A DNA stretch of 64,000 nt from an uncultured Eubacteriales bacterium (GCA_949289145.1 CASEML010000051.1:2306-66305), one strand, 5' to 3'. Positions 44,611 to 55,213 are shown, numbered from the stretch's first letter. Numbers and translations are program-made. The notes: generated by a model not told the origin, from the sequence alone.

Positions 44611-45701
44611 TCCATCAATTCCTCTTCTAAATTCTCCTGACTGAACTGTTTTATGCAGTGGCCGTCTTTATATAAAAGTCCATGTATGTTTAAAAGAAAA
44701 TAAGTATCTGCCTTCTTCATTCCTGACTGGTGTTCATACATACTAAGTATATCTGCATATTCCTGGTCTTTTCTGTTGTTGCACACTTGCTCTAACATAT
44801 AATAAACATCTTTTTCTTCTTGTACCTTAATCTGGTTTAACTGTCCCTTTTCTTGCTGATACCACATAATTATGTGGTTTAAACCCTGCTCTGTCATCGA
44901 CCAGGAAAGAGATGCCAATATTTCTAAAAAGCAGTCAAACTGAGCCTGTGTTACCTGCTCTTTATCTGCATAAAAATCTATAAATACCAGAATGGTCTGC
45001 TCAATGGGCAGGCTGTATTCTTTTACCAGATATTCATCTTCTTTGGCTGTTAGTTTCCAGTGAACTCTCTGAAACATATCACCTTCTCTATATTCATGTA
45101 CATCAAATACTTCTGAAGTATCCTCTCCGCTTCTTGCATGAGAAAATTCTTCACCCTCCTGCTTATCTTGTACCCATGTTATAGCGTTTAATGATATCTT
45201 ATGAATCTTAGGAAACACAATAATTTCTTTCGAAATTTCCAGTACTGGTGCTTTTTTTGAAAAAAGGCGCAGATAATCCTGCACCCTTATTTCTTCCATG
45301 GTAATACGCATTTTCCCACAATATTTTGACTGAAGGAAAAGAAGCAGGGAAGCAGTTCCCTTAGCATCTGTCATTACTTTTTCTTCCGTATAAAATTTTT
45401 CTCCAGTAAACTCATTTTCACAGCTTACCTTCACCGGTATTACGGGCATTGGAAATACTGATAAATTCTTTACAAGAACTTCCACAGCAAATTCCTGATT
45501 TTTCTCAATATGTGCTGTTGGAATGTTCAATTCAACTCTAATGTGTTTCTTCAGTCCCTCAGTCAGCAGCCACAGCACCGGAAGCAGAATGATTTCATAT
45601 GCCAGCAGAAATATTGTTATCTCCGAAGAAAACAATATACAGCTAAACAAGGTTACCAGTAAAATCGTGGCATATATTATTTTATTTTTCATGAAATCCA
45701 T
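44592..45701 (-). CDS. DUF58 family protein (vWA-like partner of MoxR)
   Basis: Two N-terminal TM segments. VHEYREGDMFQRVHWKLTAK fits the DUF58 signature (R.Y..GD....IhWK.tA+). Confidence 0.8.
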   Translation of the reverse strand: MDFMKNKIIYATILLVTLFSCILFSSEITIFLLAYEIILLPVLWLLTEGLKKHIRVELNIPTAHIEKNQEFAVEVLVKNLSVFPMPVIPVKVSCENEFTGEKFYTEEKVMTDAKGTASLLLFLQSKYCGKMRITMEEIRVQDYLRLFSKKAPVLEISKEIIVFPKIHKISLNAITWVQDKQEGEEFSHARSGEDTSEVFDVHEYREGDMFQRVHWKLTAKEDEYLVKEYSLPIEQTILVFIDFYADKEQVTQAQFDCFLEILASLSWSMTEQGLNHIIMWYQQEKGQLNQIKVQEEKDVYYMLEQVCNNRKDQEYADILSMYEHQSGMKKADTYFLLNIHGLLYKDGHCIKQFSQENLEEELMEWKLEI

Positions 45702-45708
45702 CCTTTGC

Positions 45709-46653
45709 TTACGGTTGCTGCGGCACCGGTTTTTTTACATTTTTTAATATATCTGAAATGATATCCTTATTTGTCAGATGATTTAATTTTCCTTTGGAAT
45801 TTAAACGGATTCTGTGAACTGCCACATCCGGGAAAATTTCTTCCACATCATTTGGAAGTACAAGTTTCTGTCCCTTTATATAAGCTGATGCCTTCGCCAT
45901 TTTTGACAATGCCAATGTACCTCTAGGACTAATGCCAAGCTCGATCATTTCATGCTTTCTGGTGGCATCTGCTAAGTTAATCATATATTCATATACTGTT
46001 TTATGAATAAAGACTTCTTCCACTTCTCTCTGCATTGATAGCAGTTCTTCCTTTCGGATTACGGGCTGCAAGCTGTCAATAGGATTTTTCTTATCTCTGT
46101 CCATCAATATTCTTAATTCATCCTGCTTATCTGGATACCCAATAAAAATACATATCATAAAGCGGTCTAACTGGGATTCCGGAAGCATCTGGGTTCCTAC
46201 AGAACCGATGGGATTCTCTGTAGCAATTACGTGAAAAGGCTTCGGCACTTCTCTTGTGACACCATCTACAGTAACTGTACCTTCTTCCATAACCTCTAAC
46301 AGTGCAGACTGTGTTTTAGGAGAAGTACGATTGATTTCATCTCCTAAAAACAAGTTACACATCACTGCTCCCGGCTGATATTCAAATTTTCCCAGCTCTT
46401 TTCGGTACATGGAAAAACCTACAATATCTGTAGGAAGTACGTCCGGTGTAAACTGTACACGATTTTGTTTTAGATCCATTGCCTTTGCAAAGGCGAGTGC
46501 CATGCTGGTCTTTCCTACTCCCGGAATATCTTCAATGAGAATATGCCCCTCTGCAAGTATGGCTTCCATAATTTTTTCAATACAATGATTCTTTCCTATA
46601 ATAACTTTTTGTACTTCTTCCATTACCCTGCGGGCTTTTTCTACATATTCCAT
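45709..46653 (-). CDS. MoxR-family AAA+ ATPase
   Basis: GHILIEDIPGVGKTSMA (Walker A), NLFLGDEINR (Walker B) and ATENP; 314 aa. Confidence 0.9.
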   Translation of the reverse strand: MEYVEKARRVMEEVQKVIIGKNHCIEKIMEAILAEGHILIEDIPGVGKTSMALAFAKAMDLKQNRVQFTPDVLPTDIVGFSMYRKELGKFEYQPGAVMCNLFLGDEINRTSPKTQSALLEVMEEGTVTVDGVTREVPKPFHVIATENPIGSVGTQMLPESQLDRFMICIFIGYPDKQDELRILMDRDKKNPIDSLQPVIRKEELLSMQREVEEVFIHKTVYEYMINLADATRKHEMIELGISPRGTLALSKMAKASAYIKGQKLVLPNDVEEIFPDVAVHRIRLNSKGKLNHLTNKDIISDILKNVKKPVPQQP

Positions 46654-46656
46654 GAG

Positions 46657-47532
46657 TTACTCCTCTCTTGCCTGCTTTCTTCGTTTCATGATCACAAGGA
46701 ATATGACTGTTTCTACAGCAAAAACTACCACAAAAGCAAATAAAAGCCATGGCCATACATCTACAATCCTCTTTGTAAGAGAGCCTGACTGCATCTGACT
46801 TTGTGTATTATTTTCCTGTTCTTCCTTATATTCCGTTCTTACTCCTCGAACCAGAAGACGATGGGTATTAATTGCATACGGCGTACAAGTTACTAAAGTA
46901 CAGTAATCCATGCCTTCCTCAATTTCCAAATCTCCCGATTCATTTGGTTCCACTACTTTAATCTGATCAACTTTATAAGCCAGAACTTCATCTAACACAT
47001 GAAGATAAAATTCATCGCCCAGCTCCAGTTTATCTAAATCTGTAAATAATAAAGCGCTGGGCAGCCCCCTGTGTCCTGTCAGGACACAGTGTGTACTTTC
47101 TCCTCCCAGCGGATAAGATGACTGCTCTAAATGGCCAACGCCTCTTTTCAACACTTCTTCATCAATTTCACTGTAAATTGGCAGATTTACATCTATCTTA
47201 GGTATCACAATATACCCAAGGGCTACCCCTGCATCTACCATATCCAGATACTTTACTGATTTATTTTCACTTTCTTCTTCCACGGATATGATATCACTTA
47301 GCTGTTCATTATATTGTCTGGCTGCTTCCTTGGCAGCATCTATTTTCTCTCCTTCCATCTGCGCCACCTCTTCCTCATAACTGCGAACCACCGAAGATGC
47401 ATGGCGGTTCGCTATGATGTTGCTAACAAATGGATACAAAAGAATAATAATTCCTGATATAAATAATATAACACTAAACCAAATTCTTGGTCTTTTTAAT
47501 TTTTTAAGCATGATTTCTCTTTCTTGCTCCAA
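46657..47532 (-). CDS. Class C (pilin-polymerising) sortase
   Basis: N-terminal TM; VLTGHRG, TLVTCTPY and LVRGVR; C-terminal TM plus basic tail. Its start overlaps the pilin gene stop. Confidence 0.88.
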   Translation of the reverse strand: MEQEREIMLKKLKRPRIWFSVILFISGIIILLYPFVSNIIANRHASSVVRSYEEEVAQMEGEKIDAAKEAARQYNEQLSDIISVEEESENKSVKYLDMVDAGVALGYIVIPKIDVNLPIYSEIDEEVLKRGVGHLEQSSYPLGGESTHCVLTGHRGLPSALLFTDLDKLELGDEFYLHVLDEVLAYKVDQIKVVEPNESGDLEIEEGMDYCTLVTCTPYAINTHRLLVRGVRTEYKEEQENNTQSQMQSGSLTKRIVDVWPWLLFAFVVVFAVETVIFLVIMKRRKQAREE

Positions 47533-49621
47533 AGAATACGATTACTGCTGCTGCCATTAAAACAATACCCATTAAAGTAAACACAAGAGTACCTGCTCCA
47601 CCAGTAGTAGGAAGTATAAAACCTTTTTTATTCACAACGTTTACGGTAGTTGTTGTGACTGTAGTTGCAGATGTTTTTCCTGCATCCGTATAATAAGTTG
47701 TGCTGTCAGAACCACTTTCTGTTACCGTAGGTGTTCCGATCACATTTCCGTTTTTATCATACTTTGTTTCTGTAGTTGTAGTCTTAAAGGTTTGATCATA
47801 GTAAATCTGAATTTTCACTGCAACTGGTTCTTTTAATAAATTGTATCCAGAAGCTGTGGAGGTTTCTACAAAATAGTATGTTTCATTGGAAAATGCCTTA
47901 TCATTGTCACCTGACTGTGTTGTGTTGATAACAATTTTACCACTGGCATCTGTTGTGTAGGTGCCGGCCTTTTTCACATCCACATTGGTTCCATTTACCT
48001 TTAATGTAGCATCTTTTGTTTCTCCGGACACTAACGGTCTGTACAAATCAAAAGTTGCTTTTACACTGTCACTTGCTGCTGAACCGGCAAATGTCTTTAC
48101 GAGTTCTAAGCCAAACGTATAAACTGTAACTTTGTCTGTAATAGTCTTAGTTTCTTCATATGGCTGGCTATCATCTTCCGGTGTGTTTGGATTCTGATCA
48201 TCGTCACCCGGCTTTGGATAAATCTTATTAGTGTACTCTAATCCCACTGTATTCGGGTTACCTGCTCCTGCAGTCAGGGCATTTGCATTTAATGTGGCTG
48301 TAAATGTTACTTCCACGCTGGAAATGCTCTTATTATATAATTTTTCTACATCACCGCTTAAATCTAAAGTCCATTGATTTTTCGCAGCATCATATACCGG
48401 TTTTGTGGTAATTCCGGTATCTGTCACCTTGGAAGTTCCTACATAATAAGATACTACAAAGCTTGCCTGATCTGTGCTGTCCATTGTTATACCAGAAGAC
48501 ATGGTGTCCACCAAAACATAATGTTTTAATTCGTTGATATTTTCTGGTACGGTAGAAGTTACCTTAAATGGAACTCTGTCACCAACACTGTAATCGGCTG
48601 CATCCTGCCAGTCACTTGCATTGTCTGCACTTCCATTTTTTATAAGTACTTTTTTCTCTAATTCCGGTTTAAAGTTTACTACAGAAACAGTAGAAGTTTT
48701 CTTTCCGTTCACAGTGATCGCACCGTCTACTCCTACGGTAAATTCATAAGCTGCTGTACCATCCATAATATAATCTGTGCTGGGTGCGCTGGTTTCAATA
48801 AAGCGGTATTCACCCTCTGACAATCCGCTGATTTTCACGGTTGTACTGCTCATCGTGATCACACCGTTTGTTCCGATGTCATCTCCTTCATCATTTTTTG
48901 TCTGTGTTGTCCAAACACCGTTTACCTTTTTCTGTAATACAAACTGTGCTCCGGTAACACCTACTGCGCTGCCCTCTCCTGTTTTTCCATACTTTTTTAA
49001 CCTTACTGTACTTGCTGCAGTTGTATTTTTAGGAAATGCATACACATCATAAATCCAGTCAGTTCCTTCCACATTTGTCATAGGAAGAGATACTAAGAAC
49101 GGATCTACCATACTTGCTACACTATCCGGTGCATTTGTTTCAACTACAAGGTATAAACCCTGCCCGCTTAAATCATCATTTGTAAATTTTGCAATTCCAT
49201 CCTTGCCATCTACAGTAGCTGTTGTCTTTTCAACCGGTGTCAGTTTGCTTAAAACAGCTTCTGTAAACTGTGCTTCAATATCAGCGGCTGACATGCCACC
49301 ATTAATGGTGGCACCCACATCACTTCTAATTGCCTCTACTGTGCTGTATTGTAAGCCGTTTTCATCTTGTGTAATATTTGCTACTTTATATACTGCAAAG
49401 GTAACACCATTTAATAGCACAGCGTCCTCTGGAACTTTGCTTTCGTCTCCAATGACACCTGTTCCTGCTGCCCCTTCATCACCATCATAACGATATTTAT
49501 AAATAGTGAGTGAAACATCTTGGTCTTCGTTAATGGTTGGTTCTGCTGCAAAAGCAGTCAATGTGGACAAAAGCATGGTAGCTGCCAATATCCATGATAA
49601 AACTTTTTTTAGTTTCTTCAT
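47504..49621 (-). CDS. Major pilin (SpaA-type backbone subunit) with an LPxTG sorting signal
   Basis: Signal peptide; pilin-motif-like WIYDVYAFPKNT; E-box-like YRFIETSAPSTDY and YYFVETSTASGYNL; C-terminal LPTTGGAG plus TM plus RKRNHA. Confidence 0.85.
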   Translation of the reverse strand: MKKLKKVLSWILAATMLLSTLTAFAAEPTINEDQDVSLTIYKYRYDGDEGAAGTGVIGDESKVPEDAVLLNGVTFAVYKVANITQDENGLQYSTVEAIRSDVGATINGGMSAADIEAQFTEAVLSKLTPVEKTTATVDGKDGIAKFTNDDLSGQGLYLVVETNAPDSVASMVDPFLVSLPMTNVEGTDWIYDVYAFPKNTTAASTVRLKKYGKTGEGSAVGVTGAQFVLQKKVNGVWTTQTKNDEGDDIGTNGVITMSSTTVKISGLSEGEYRFIETSAPSTDYIMDGTAAYEFTVGVDGAITVNGKKTSTVSVVNFKPELEKKVLIKNGSADNASDWQDAADYSVGDRVPFKVTSTVPENINELKHYVLVDTMSSGITMDSTDQASFVVSYYVGTSKVTDTGITTKPVYDAAKNQWTLDLSGDVEKLYNKSISSVEVTFTATLNANALTAGAGNPNTVGLEYTNKIYPKPGDDDQNPNTPEDDSQPYEETKTITDKVTVYTFGLELVKTFAGSAASDSVKATFDLYRPLVSGETKDATLKVNGTNVDVKKAGTYTTDASGKIVINTTQSGDNDKAFSNETYYFVETSTASGYNLLKEPVAVKIQIYYDQTFKTTTTETKYDKNGNVIGTPTVTESGSDSTTYYTDAGKTSATTVTTTTVNVVNKKGFILPTTGGAGTLVFTLMGIVLMAAAVIVFFGARKRNHA

Positions 49622-49657
49622 AAACTTTTTCCTCGCTTTCTTGATTCTATAGATTTC

Positions 49658-52600
49658 TTAAAAAACAATTTTTATTCCTTTCTTTTTGTATATATAGAAG
49701 CACACTCCTGCTCCGATGCATGCAGCTCCCACAAAGAAGAAGATGGTTCTTCCATAGCCTCCCGTAAACGGTAAAGTAAACTGCTTACGGTTGGAAATGG
49801 TTACAGAAATCGTATCTGCCTCTATGGTACAATTTTCTCCGTCAATGGTACTCTGTCCGCTTCTGTCAATCACAACAGTAATAGAGTTTTTCAACAAACT
49901 GTATCCATCCTTTGCCTTTGTTTCTGTCAGACGATATGTTCCATCTTTTAAATCTGAAAATACAACAACACCATCTGTTTCTGTCTTTGCTGTCACTTTA
50001 GTAAATGTATCATCTACCGTTCCATTGTCTTTTAATTTCTCCAAAGTAAATTCTACATCAGAAAGCTTAATGCTGTTATCTGTTGCATCCACTTTAATAA
50101 TCTTTATATTAGTGCTTTGATAAGTATTTGTAATTGTTCCAGTTATGGTCTTTGTCTGTTCGTCAATTTCGTAAGATACCTGATAAGAACCTACAAATCC
50201 TCCCTCTTCTATTACATTTCCATCTGCATCCAGTTCCACTACTCTATATTCCCATTCCACTGGTGTTGCTGCTGTGTAGTCTACATACTGTTCTAATCCC
50301 TCTAAAGTATACTCCCATGTGCCATATCCCGGCTGCATAGTAATTTTATTCTGACCATTTATAGGAACTACACTATAGCTTCCTGTGCTTCCTTTTGCTC
50401 TTCTCTGAATCTGCACATCAATAGAAGATGGAATATTTTCTGTCAGATCACTTCCATTGGAATCTTTCCAGAGTTTGACCAGTTTCATACTGATAACAGG
50501 TTTTTGTGTATTATTAAATGTAAAATCATAAGAACTTGCTGATGCTGAAACAATACCTCTTACTATCTTTGTCTGTACGTCGAAATTAAAATAGTTTCCG
50601 TTTTTCTCTGTTACACTGTCTAAAACAGAGCCATCTTCCGGTGTCAGTTCTTCGATTTCATAATTTGTGTTAATTGGAATACCGCTAATGGTTTCACTTT
50701 CGCCCGCCTTCAAAGTAATTTCTTTAGTAATCTTGGATGTTCCTTCCAAACCAAGACCTGCCACATTACTGAAGGTTATCTTAAACTTATATTCACCTGT
50801 AAGATTATCTGTAGTGTAAGCATTTCCCTTGCGAATTGTCAATTCACCTGTTTTTACCTTATTGGTGTAGGCAACTTTAATCTTTGTTACTCCCGTAGTG
50901 CTATCCGGATTAGAGTAGGAACGGAAAACAATTGTATTTTCCTCTGGTTTCTGCGTTCTTGTATAACCTGAGTTAGCATATTCTTTGCCATCCGAATCCT
51001 GACCTGATAAATATACCTCAGCTCTTCCGTCATCCACTGACACAGATGCCACATTAGTTAAATTACTAATTGTGCCAAGCTCTACCGTTCTACCATTTGC
51101 CATGCTGGTAACTGGAGAGCCATTTTCATATACCGTATAACTGGACTCAAACACATCTGTATCAACATTTTCTTTTAATGAAATGTAGCTTCCTATACGG
51201 AACTGGTCAGTAAAAGATGCTGTCTGTCCATTCTGTAAGATAAAAGTTCCGTCATTTCCAAGACGGTTATATTCGACATCACCGCTATCGGCAGTGATAC
51301 TATATGTTGCTCCCTTGGGATACTCTAAATTTCCCGAAGTTGCAGAACCATAATCCGGAATATCATACTGTTTTGTATTAAATCCAACTAGGCTTGTTAC
51401 CGTTGACTTTCCGTAAAATTCAAATCCATCTAAATAGAAGTCACCGTCATAATTATAATCAAATTTAATATATTTTAGCCTTGTATAGTCAAAGTTCACA
51501 GAACCAGTTAATTTTGATATATCTACGGTAATTTTTGACCATTGCTTCGATCTGACGGAAGTGGTTATAAATGTTTTCCCATTTAAGTAACCTCCAATGG
51601 TATTACCGCTGGCATCTTCCAATTCAATATACATATGGTTAAGTGCAGGATTATCTGTTTCGTCATAATAATATTGGAATCTTAAGTAATCCTTTACTTC
51701 TGATATATCAACAGTCTCTCCACTGGCAGGTGCCATAATACCAAACCGCTGTTCTTTGTATGCTCCTTGTGGATCTGTATATTTTGCTGCATAATGCACT
51801 ACATTACTATGCCCGTTAAATTCAGAAACCTGTTCAAATGTATTTTCCGCAGAACCTTTGCTTAATGTGGTGCTGGCAAACGTATCATTAAATGTAACAG
51901 GTGCCTTTTCTGTACCAAAGTCAGCTTCTTTCGTTCCATAATGTGTTGCCTGATTCTTGATCTCAAACGGGAATATGGAAGCATTATCAAATAAACCTGC
52001 AAATAAACTCTGGTTAACATCGGAATCATCTACCTGCTTTTCTACTTCAAAGGTATTTTCATCAGGGAAGTTAAAACTTACATACATGTTAGATTCCCAA
52101 ATACCACGTTCCATATAGAACATAGTTAACGTATGTTCGTCTGTTTTACTGCCGCTAATCGTAAAGCTTCCTGTATAATCATTTATATAACCGCCGGAAG
52201 CCTCTGGGTTTTTAATTTTACTAACATAATAGGTTAAATCCTTAAAATTCAGGTAGCCGGTTACAACATCATGTCCACCGCCAATATCCAATGCCAGTTT
52301 TCCATCTATGAAAATCCAAACATCATCATCACCGGAAAAGTTAAATTCAATCGGAGCTTCATCTCCTTCGGTAGTTACAACAGTTCCGTCTTCTGTTAAC
52401 CGGAATTTCGTTTCCAGTTTAGTGGCAAAACCATAATTTAGTTTTCCCGCATTTCCGCTCTGTTCTGCTCCGTTAAATGGAAAGAAATTACCAGCTGCCG
52501 TAACTCCATCTGTTGTTTTACCTTTTACCACATTGTCTGTAGAATTTAAATAATAATTCTTTGTGTCAGGGTCCTGTGTCAGACGAAGGTTTGTAGAGGC

Positions 52601-54889
52601 ATCTTTACTGTCAAACACCCAATATTCTACCTGACCTGAAACATCTGGATCACTTTTGCTGTTTAATGATTCCTTGGAAAACGGAAACGCTACATTTTCA
52701 TACACTTTTCCTAATACTGTATTCTTGGAATTGTTTCCGCTTAAAAAATCTTTATTTAAGAATGGTGCCTGTACTGTTCCTTGGAAAGTCTTAATCATCA
52801 AGTTTCCATCGGATAAAGTATCACTAACCAATCCTATGGTTGCATTTTGACCGCCTTGAGCAATTTCATATCCGTCACGTCCCCACATAGAATTATTTTC
52901 ATAGAAAAATTTCTTGGTGTCATTAGAACCATATAAATTCAAATCTGCTGAAATCTGACTAAACGGAGAACCACTGTAATGTTGGAAATTTCCCCAATAC
53001 AATGGAGAAACTGCATTGTTAGCTTTATAAAATTCACTTAATGCCTGGTCAAACTGACGGAACGGCTGATATATTCTATGATCATTGGCATCATATGCAT
53101 AATTGTCACGATTCCATCCATTTAATTCATAATCTGTATAAAAATCATAAAATGTAGTTGATAAATATAATTTATTGGAATCTCTTACTTCCTTTTCCAC
53201 AGGAATATCCACTACGGTATTGGAGGTGCCCCCTTCCTGCTCCGGATTTCGAACAGTGTACACTTCATCCCAGTATCCATCTCTCTGCCCTCCATCGTAA
53301 ATAATATCATCGCTGGTATCTGCATAAAAGCATGGATTGCTAAGATCGGTAGGAATTGTAAGCTCTACTGTACTTTCTCCATGACCTCCATAATTTGTTA
53401 TACTGGTCATATCAAAAGAAGAAAATGCAATATTTGTATATCCTTCCGGTAAATCTACTTTATATACGTCAGAATATGTGTTAGTTCCACTAGAATACGT
53501 TGGAACTAATTCCATATCACCTTCTATATCAGGTTTTCCATCACCAGTTGCATAGTAGCGAATCGTACCATTGCTGTTTGGTATTCCATAATCCCCTGCC
53601 CCATTGGTACCATCTGCTGCGCTGTATGTCAGTTTAGATAACGTAGCATCAAAATAAACTGTCAATGCATTACTATATGTACCGGTTACTTCCGCAAACA
53701 TATCTGTTACTGTCACTTCATTTTTAGTAAGATCACTCCAGAAGAAACGATATTTGGTGCCATCCTGTTTTGTGAATGTAAGCACTGTCTGCTGGGTAAC
53801 TGTATTATCTTCACCAAAAGTATATTCAAAATTACTTCCGGTTGCCGGTAACTCAACAATATTATCAGCCTGACCTATCTGTATTTTGCAGCCTTCTGTT
53901 ACTGGAAAATACAATCTGCTGAAATAAAGTGTTCGCCCTGACAGTGCCTGATTACCATTTACTTTTGCTCCCCATCTGCTGTATTTCTTGTTATTAATTT
54001 CACTTGCTCCATAATACAAGGTATTTCTTTCAGTGGCATCATACCCATTAGAACCTGAATTTAAAAAATCATAGGTATCGCCCAATAAGGTATCTGCATC
54101 ATAAAATTCCACTGTACTGTATGCACTATTGACTCCGTCTGCTGGAATCGTTACTTGATACAGACCCTTTACCTCAGTATTGGCTATCATATTTGTTTCA
54201 TATACATCATTATTTTCATTACTAAATTTAGCTATTACACTATCCAGACTGCCTGTCATATCAAAGAAGTACATGGTATTTCCTGCCTGTGATTCCGGTA
54301 CAAGGCTGCCTAAATACTGTACTGTTTTATTGCTTCCGGAAGCTCCTCCGTCTAATCTAAAGCACGGATAAGGATCATTGCCCACCGCACCGCTGGTTAG
54401 CGCTATATCCACTGTCTGGTATCCATCATTTGCGCCTCCCCATGTTGCCTGGTTTATAAAAATTACCCCAGTATATCCTGTATCCTCCGAAGTGAGCGTA
54501 TATTCCCACAATGTTCCTGTAGAATTAATCAGCGTATTTTCTTTGGTGGATTTTGTCATAGGCTTAATATTTCCTGATTGACCGCCGATCAAATAAATAT
54601 ACATATTACAGTCTTTTGTCCAGTTATTCCAACCGCCATTGCCATCCGTATCAAAATATATGGTTTTGGCGGCACCGGTAGAGGAAATTTCAGTTTCATC
54701 AATTTCTGTTGTTTCTTCTTCCGGAACATCTTTGGTAATCATGTCACCTGAAGAATCAGTTTTTTCTGCAAATACACTGCCGTATTCCCCGACAATACTA
54801 CAGAGTATGCTGGCAATCACTACTATTACCAGAGTTCTTCTGACGATATCCCATACTTTTTTTAATTTGATTTTCTCCATAAACTCCAT
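49658..54889 (-). CDS. Giant tip adhesin: N-terminal CBM-like repeats, fibro-slime/PA14-like domain, CnaB/SpaA-type stalk, LPxTG-like signal
   Basis: 1743 aa. The fibro-slime signature includes FYDFYTDYE...FFPFNG...FSGDDDVWIFIDGKLALDIGGGH. The stalk reads DGTYRLTETKAKDGYSLL. The C-terminus is LPFTGGYG plus TM plus KKKG. Confidence 0.85.
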   Translation of the reverse strand: MEFMEKIKLKKVWDIVRRTLVIVVIASILCSIVGEYGSVFAEKTDSSGDMITKDVPEEETTEIDETEISSTGAAKTIYFDTDGNGGWNNWTKDCNMYIYLIGGQSGNIKPMTKSTKENTLINSTGTLWEYTLTSEDTGYTGVIFINQATWGGANDGYQTVDIALTSGAVGNDPYPCFRLDGGASGSNKTVQYLGSLVPESQAGNTMYFFDMTGSLDSVIAKFSNENNDVYETNMIANTEVKGLYQVTIPADGVNSAYSTVEFYDADTLLGDTYDFLNSGSNGYDATERNTLYYGASEINNKKYSRWGAKVNGNQALSGRTLYFSRLYFPVTEGCKIQIGQADNIVELPATGSNFEYTFGEDNTVTQQTVLTFTKQDGTKYRFFWSDLTKNEVTVTDMFAEVTGTYSNALTVYFDATLSKLTYSAADGTNGAGDYGIPNSNGTIRYYATGDGKPDIEGDMELVPTYSSGTNTYSDVYKVDLPEGYTNIAFSSFDMTSITNYGGHGESTVELTIPTDLSNPCFYADTSDDIIYDGGQRDGYWDEVYTVRNPEQEGGTSNTVVDIPVEKEVRDSNKLYLSTTFYDFYTDYELNGWNRDNYAYDANDHRIYQPFRQFDQALSEFYKANNAVSPLYWGNFQHYSGSPFSQISADLNLYGSNDTKKFFYENNSMWGRDGYEIAQGGQNATIGLVSDTLSDGNLMIKTFQGTVQAPFLNKDFLSGNNSKNTVLGKVYENVAFPFSKESLNSKSDPDVSGQVEYWVFDSKDASTNLRLTQDPDTKNYYLNSTDNVVKGKTTDGVTAAGNFFPFNGAEQSGNAGKLNYGFATKLETKFRLTEDGTVVTTEGDEAPIEFNFSGDDDVWIFIDGKLALDIGGGHDVVTGYLNFKDLTYYVSKIKNPEASGGYINDYTGSFTISGSKTDEHTLTMFYMERGIWESNMYVSFNFPDENTFEVEKQVDDSDVNQSLFAGLFDNASIFPFEIKNQATHYGTKEADFGTEKAPVTFNDTFASTTLSKGSAENTFEQVSEFNGHSNVVHYAAKYTDPQGAYKEQRFGIMAPASGETVDISEVKDYLRFQYYYDETDNPALNHMYIELEDASGNTIGGYLNGKTFITTSVRSKQWSKITVDISKLTGSVNFDYTRLKYIKFDYNYDGDFYLDGFEFYGKSTVTSLVGFNTKQYDIPDYGSATSGNLEYPKGATYSITADSGDVEYNRLGNDGTFILQNGQTASFTDQFRIGSYISLKENVDTDVFESSYTVYENGSPVTSMANGRTVELGTISNLTNVASVSVDDGRAEVYLSGQDSDGKEYANSGYTRTQKPEENTIVFRSYSNPDSTTGVTKIKVAYTNKVKTGELTIRKGNAYTTDNLTGEYKFKITFSNVAGLGLEGTSKITKEITLKAGESETISGIPINTNYEIEELTPEDGSVLDSVTEKNGNYFNFDVQTKIVRGIVSASASSYDFTFNNTQKPVISMKLVKLWKDSNGSDLTENIPSSIDVQIQRRAKGSTGSYSVVPINGQNKITMQPGYGTWEYTLEGLEQYVDYTAATPVEWEYRVVELDADGNVIEEGGFVGSYQVSYEIDEQTKTITGTITNTYQSTNIKIIKVDATDNSIKLSDVEFTLEKLKDNGTVDDTFTKVTAKTETDGVVVFSDLKDGTYRLTETKAKDGYSLLKNSITVVIDRSGQSTIDGENCTIEADTISVTISNRKQFTLPFTGGYGRTIFFFVGAACIGAGVCFYIYKKKGIKIVF

Positions 54890-54925
54890 CTACTCTCCTT
54901 CTATATTTTTATCTATGTAAACTAA

Positions 54926-54947
54926 CTATAATTTTGAAAAATTATAG
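54926..54947. promoter_or_regulatory. AT-rich perfect palindrome upstream of the pilus operon (candidate operator)
   Basis: CTATAATTTT-ga-AAAATTATAG lies about 40 nt upstream of the adhesin start. It could equally be overlapping -10-like TATAAT boxes. Confidence 0.25.
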
Positions 54948-55093
54948 TAATTATTACTGATATTATAATATTTCTTTTCTATATTTTCAATGGTATTCTT
55001 TTAGCATTTCTTATATATATCGGTAAAATTTCAAATATCATTAATACCTAACAATAGAAAGCACGCTCTGCAAACTTTCTATTGTCATGAATT

Positions 55094-55131
55094 AAAAAAG
55101 CGAAAATGTAATTGTTACACTTTCGCTTTTT
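55094..55131. terminator. Bidirectional-looking terminator downstream of tRNA-Arg
   Basis: Stem AGCGAAAATGTA(55099-110)/TACACTTTCGCT(55116-127) with 1 mismatch, flanked by an A-run and a T-run. Confidence 0.6.
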
Positions 55132-55141
55132 AGTATAATAC

Positions 55142-55213
55142 TGTTCCCTGCAGGAATCGAACCTGCAACTGACCCTTAGGAGGGGTCTGTTATATCCATT
55201 TAACTAAGAGAAC
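55142..55213 (-). tRNA. tRNA-Arg (anticodon CCT)
   Basis: The minus strand reads GTTCTCT-TA-GTTA-AATGGATA-TAAC-A-GACCC-CTCCTAA-GGGTC-AGTT-GCAGG-TTCGATT-CCTGC-AGGGAAC-A. All four cloverleaf stems pair (one G:U), the T-loop is TTCGATT, and the anticodon loop is C-T-CCT-A-A. No CCA is encoded. Confidence 0.92.

Noticed and set aside
41194-55213. The pilus locus as a tRNA-Arg-integrated genomic island
   Set aside because: The operon does lie on the 3' side of tRNA-Arg(CCT). However, I saw no integrase, no partial duplicate of the tRNA 3' end, and no flanking direct repeats, so an island call is not supported from this window alone.
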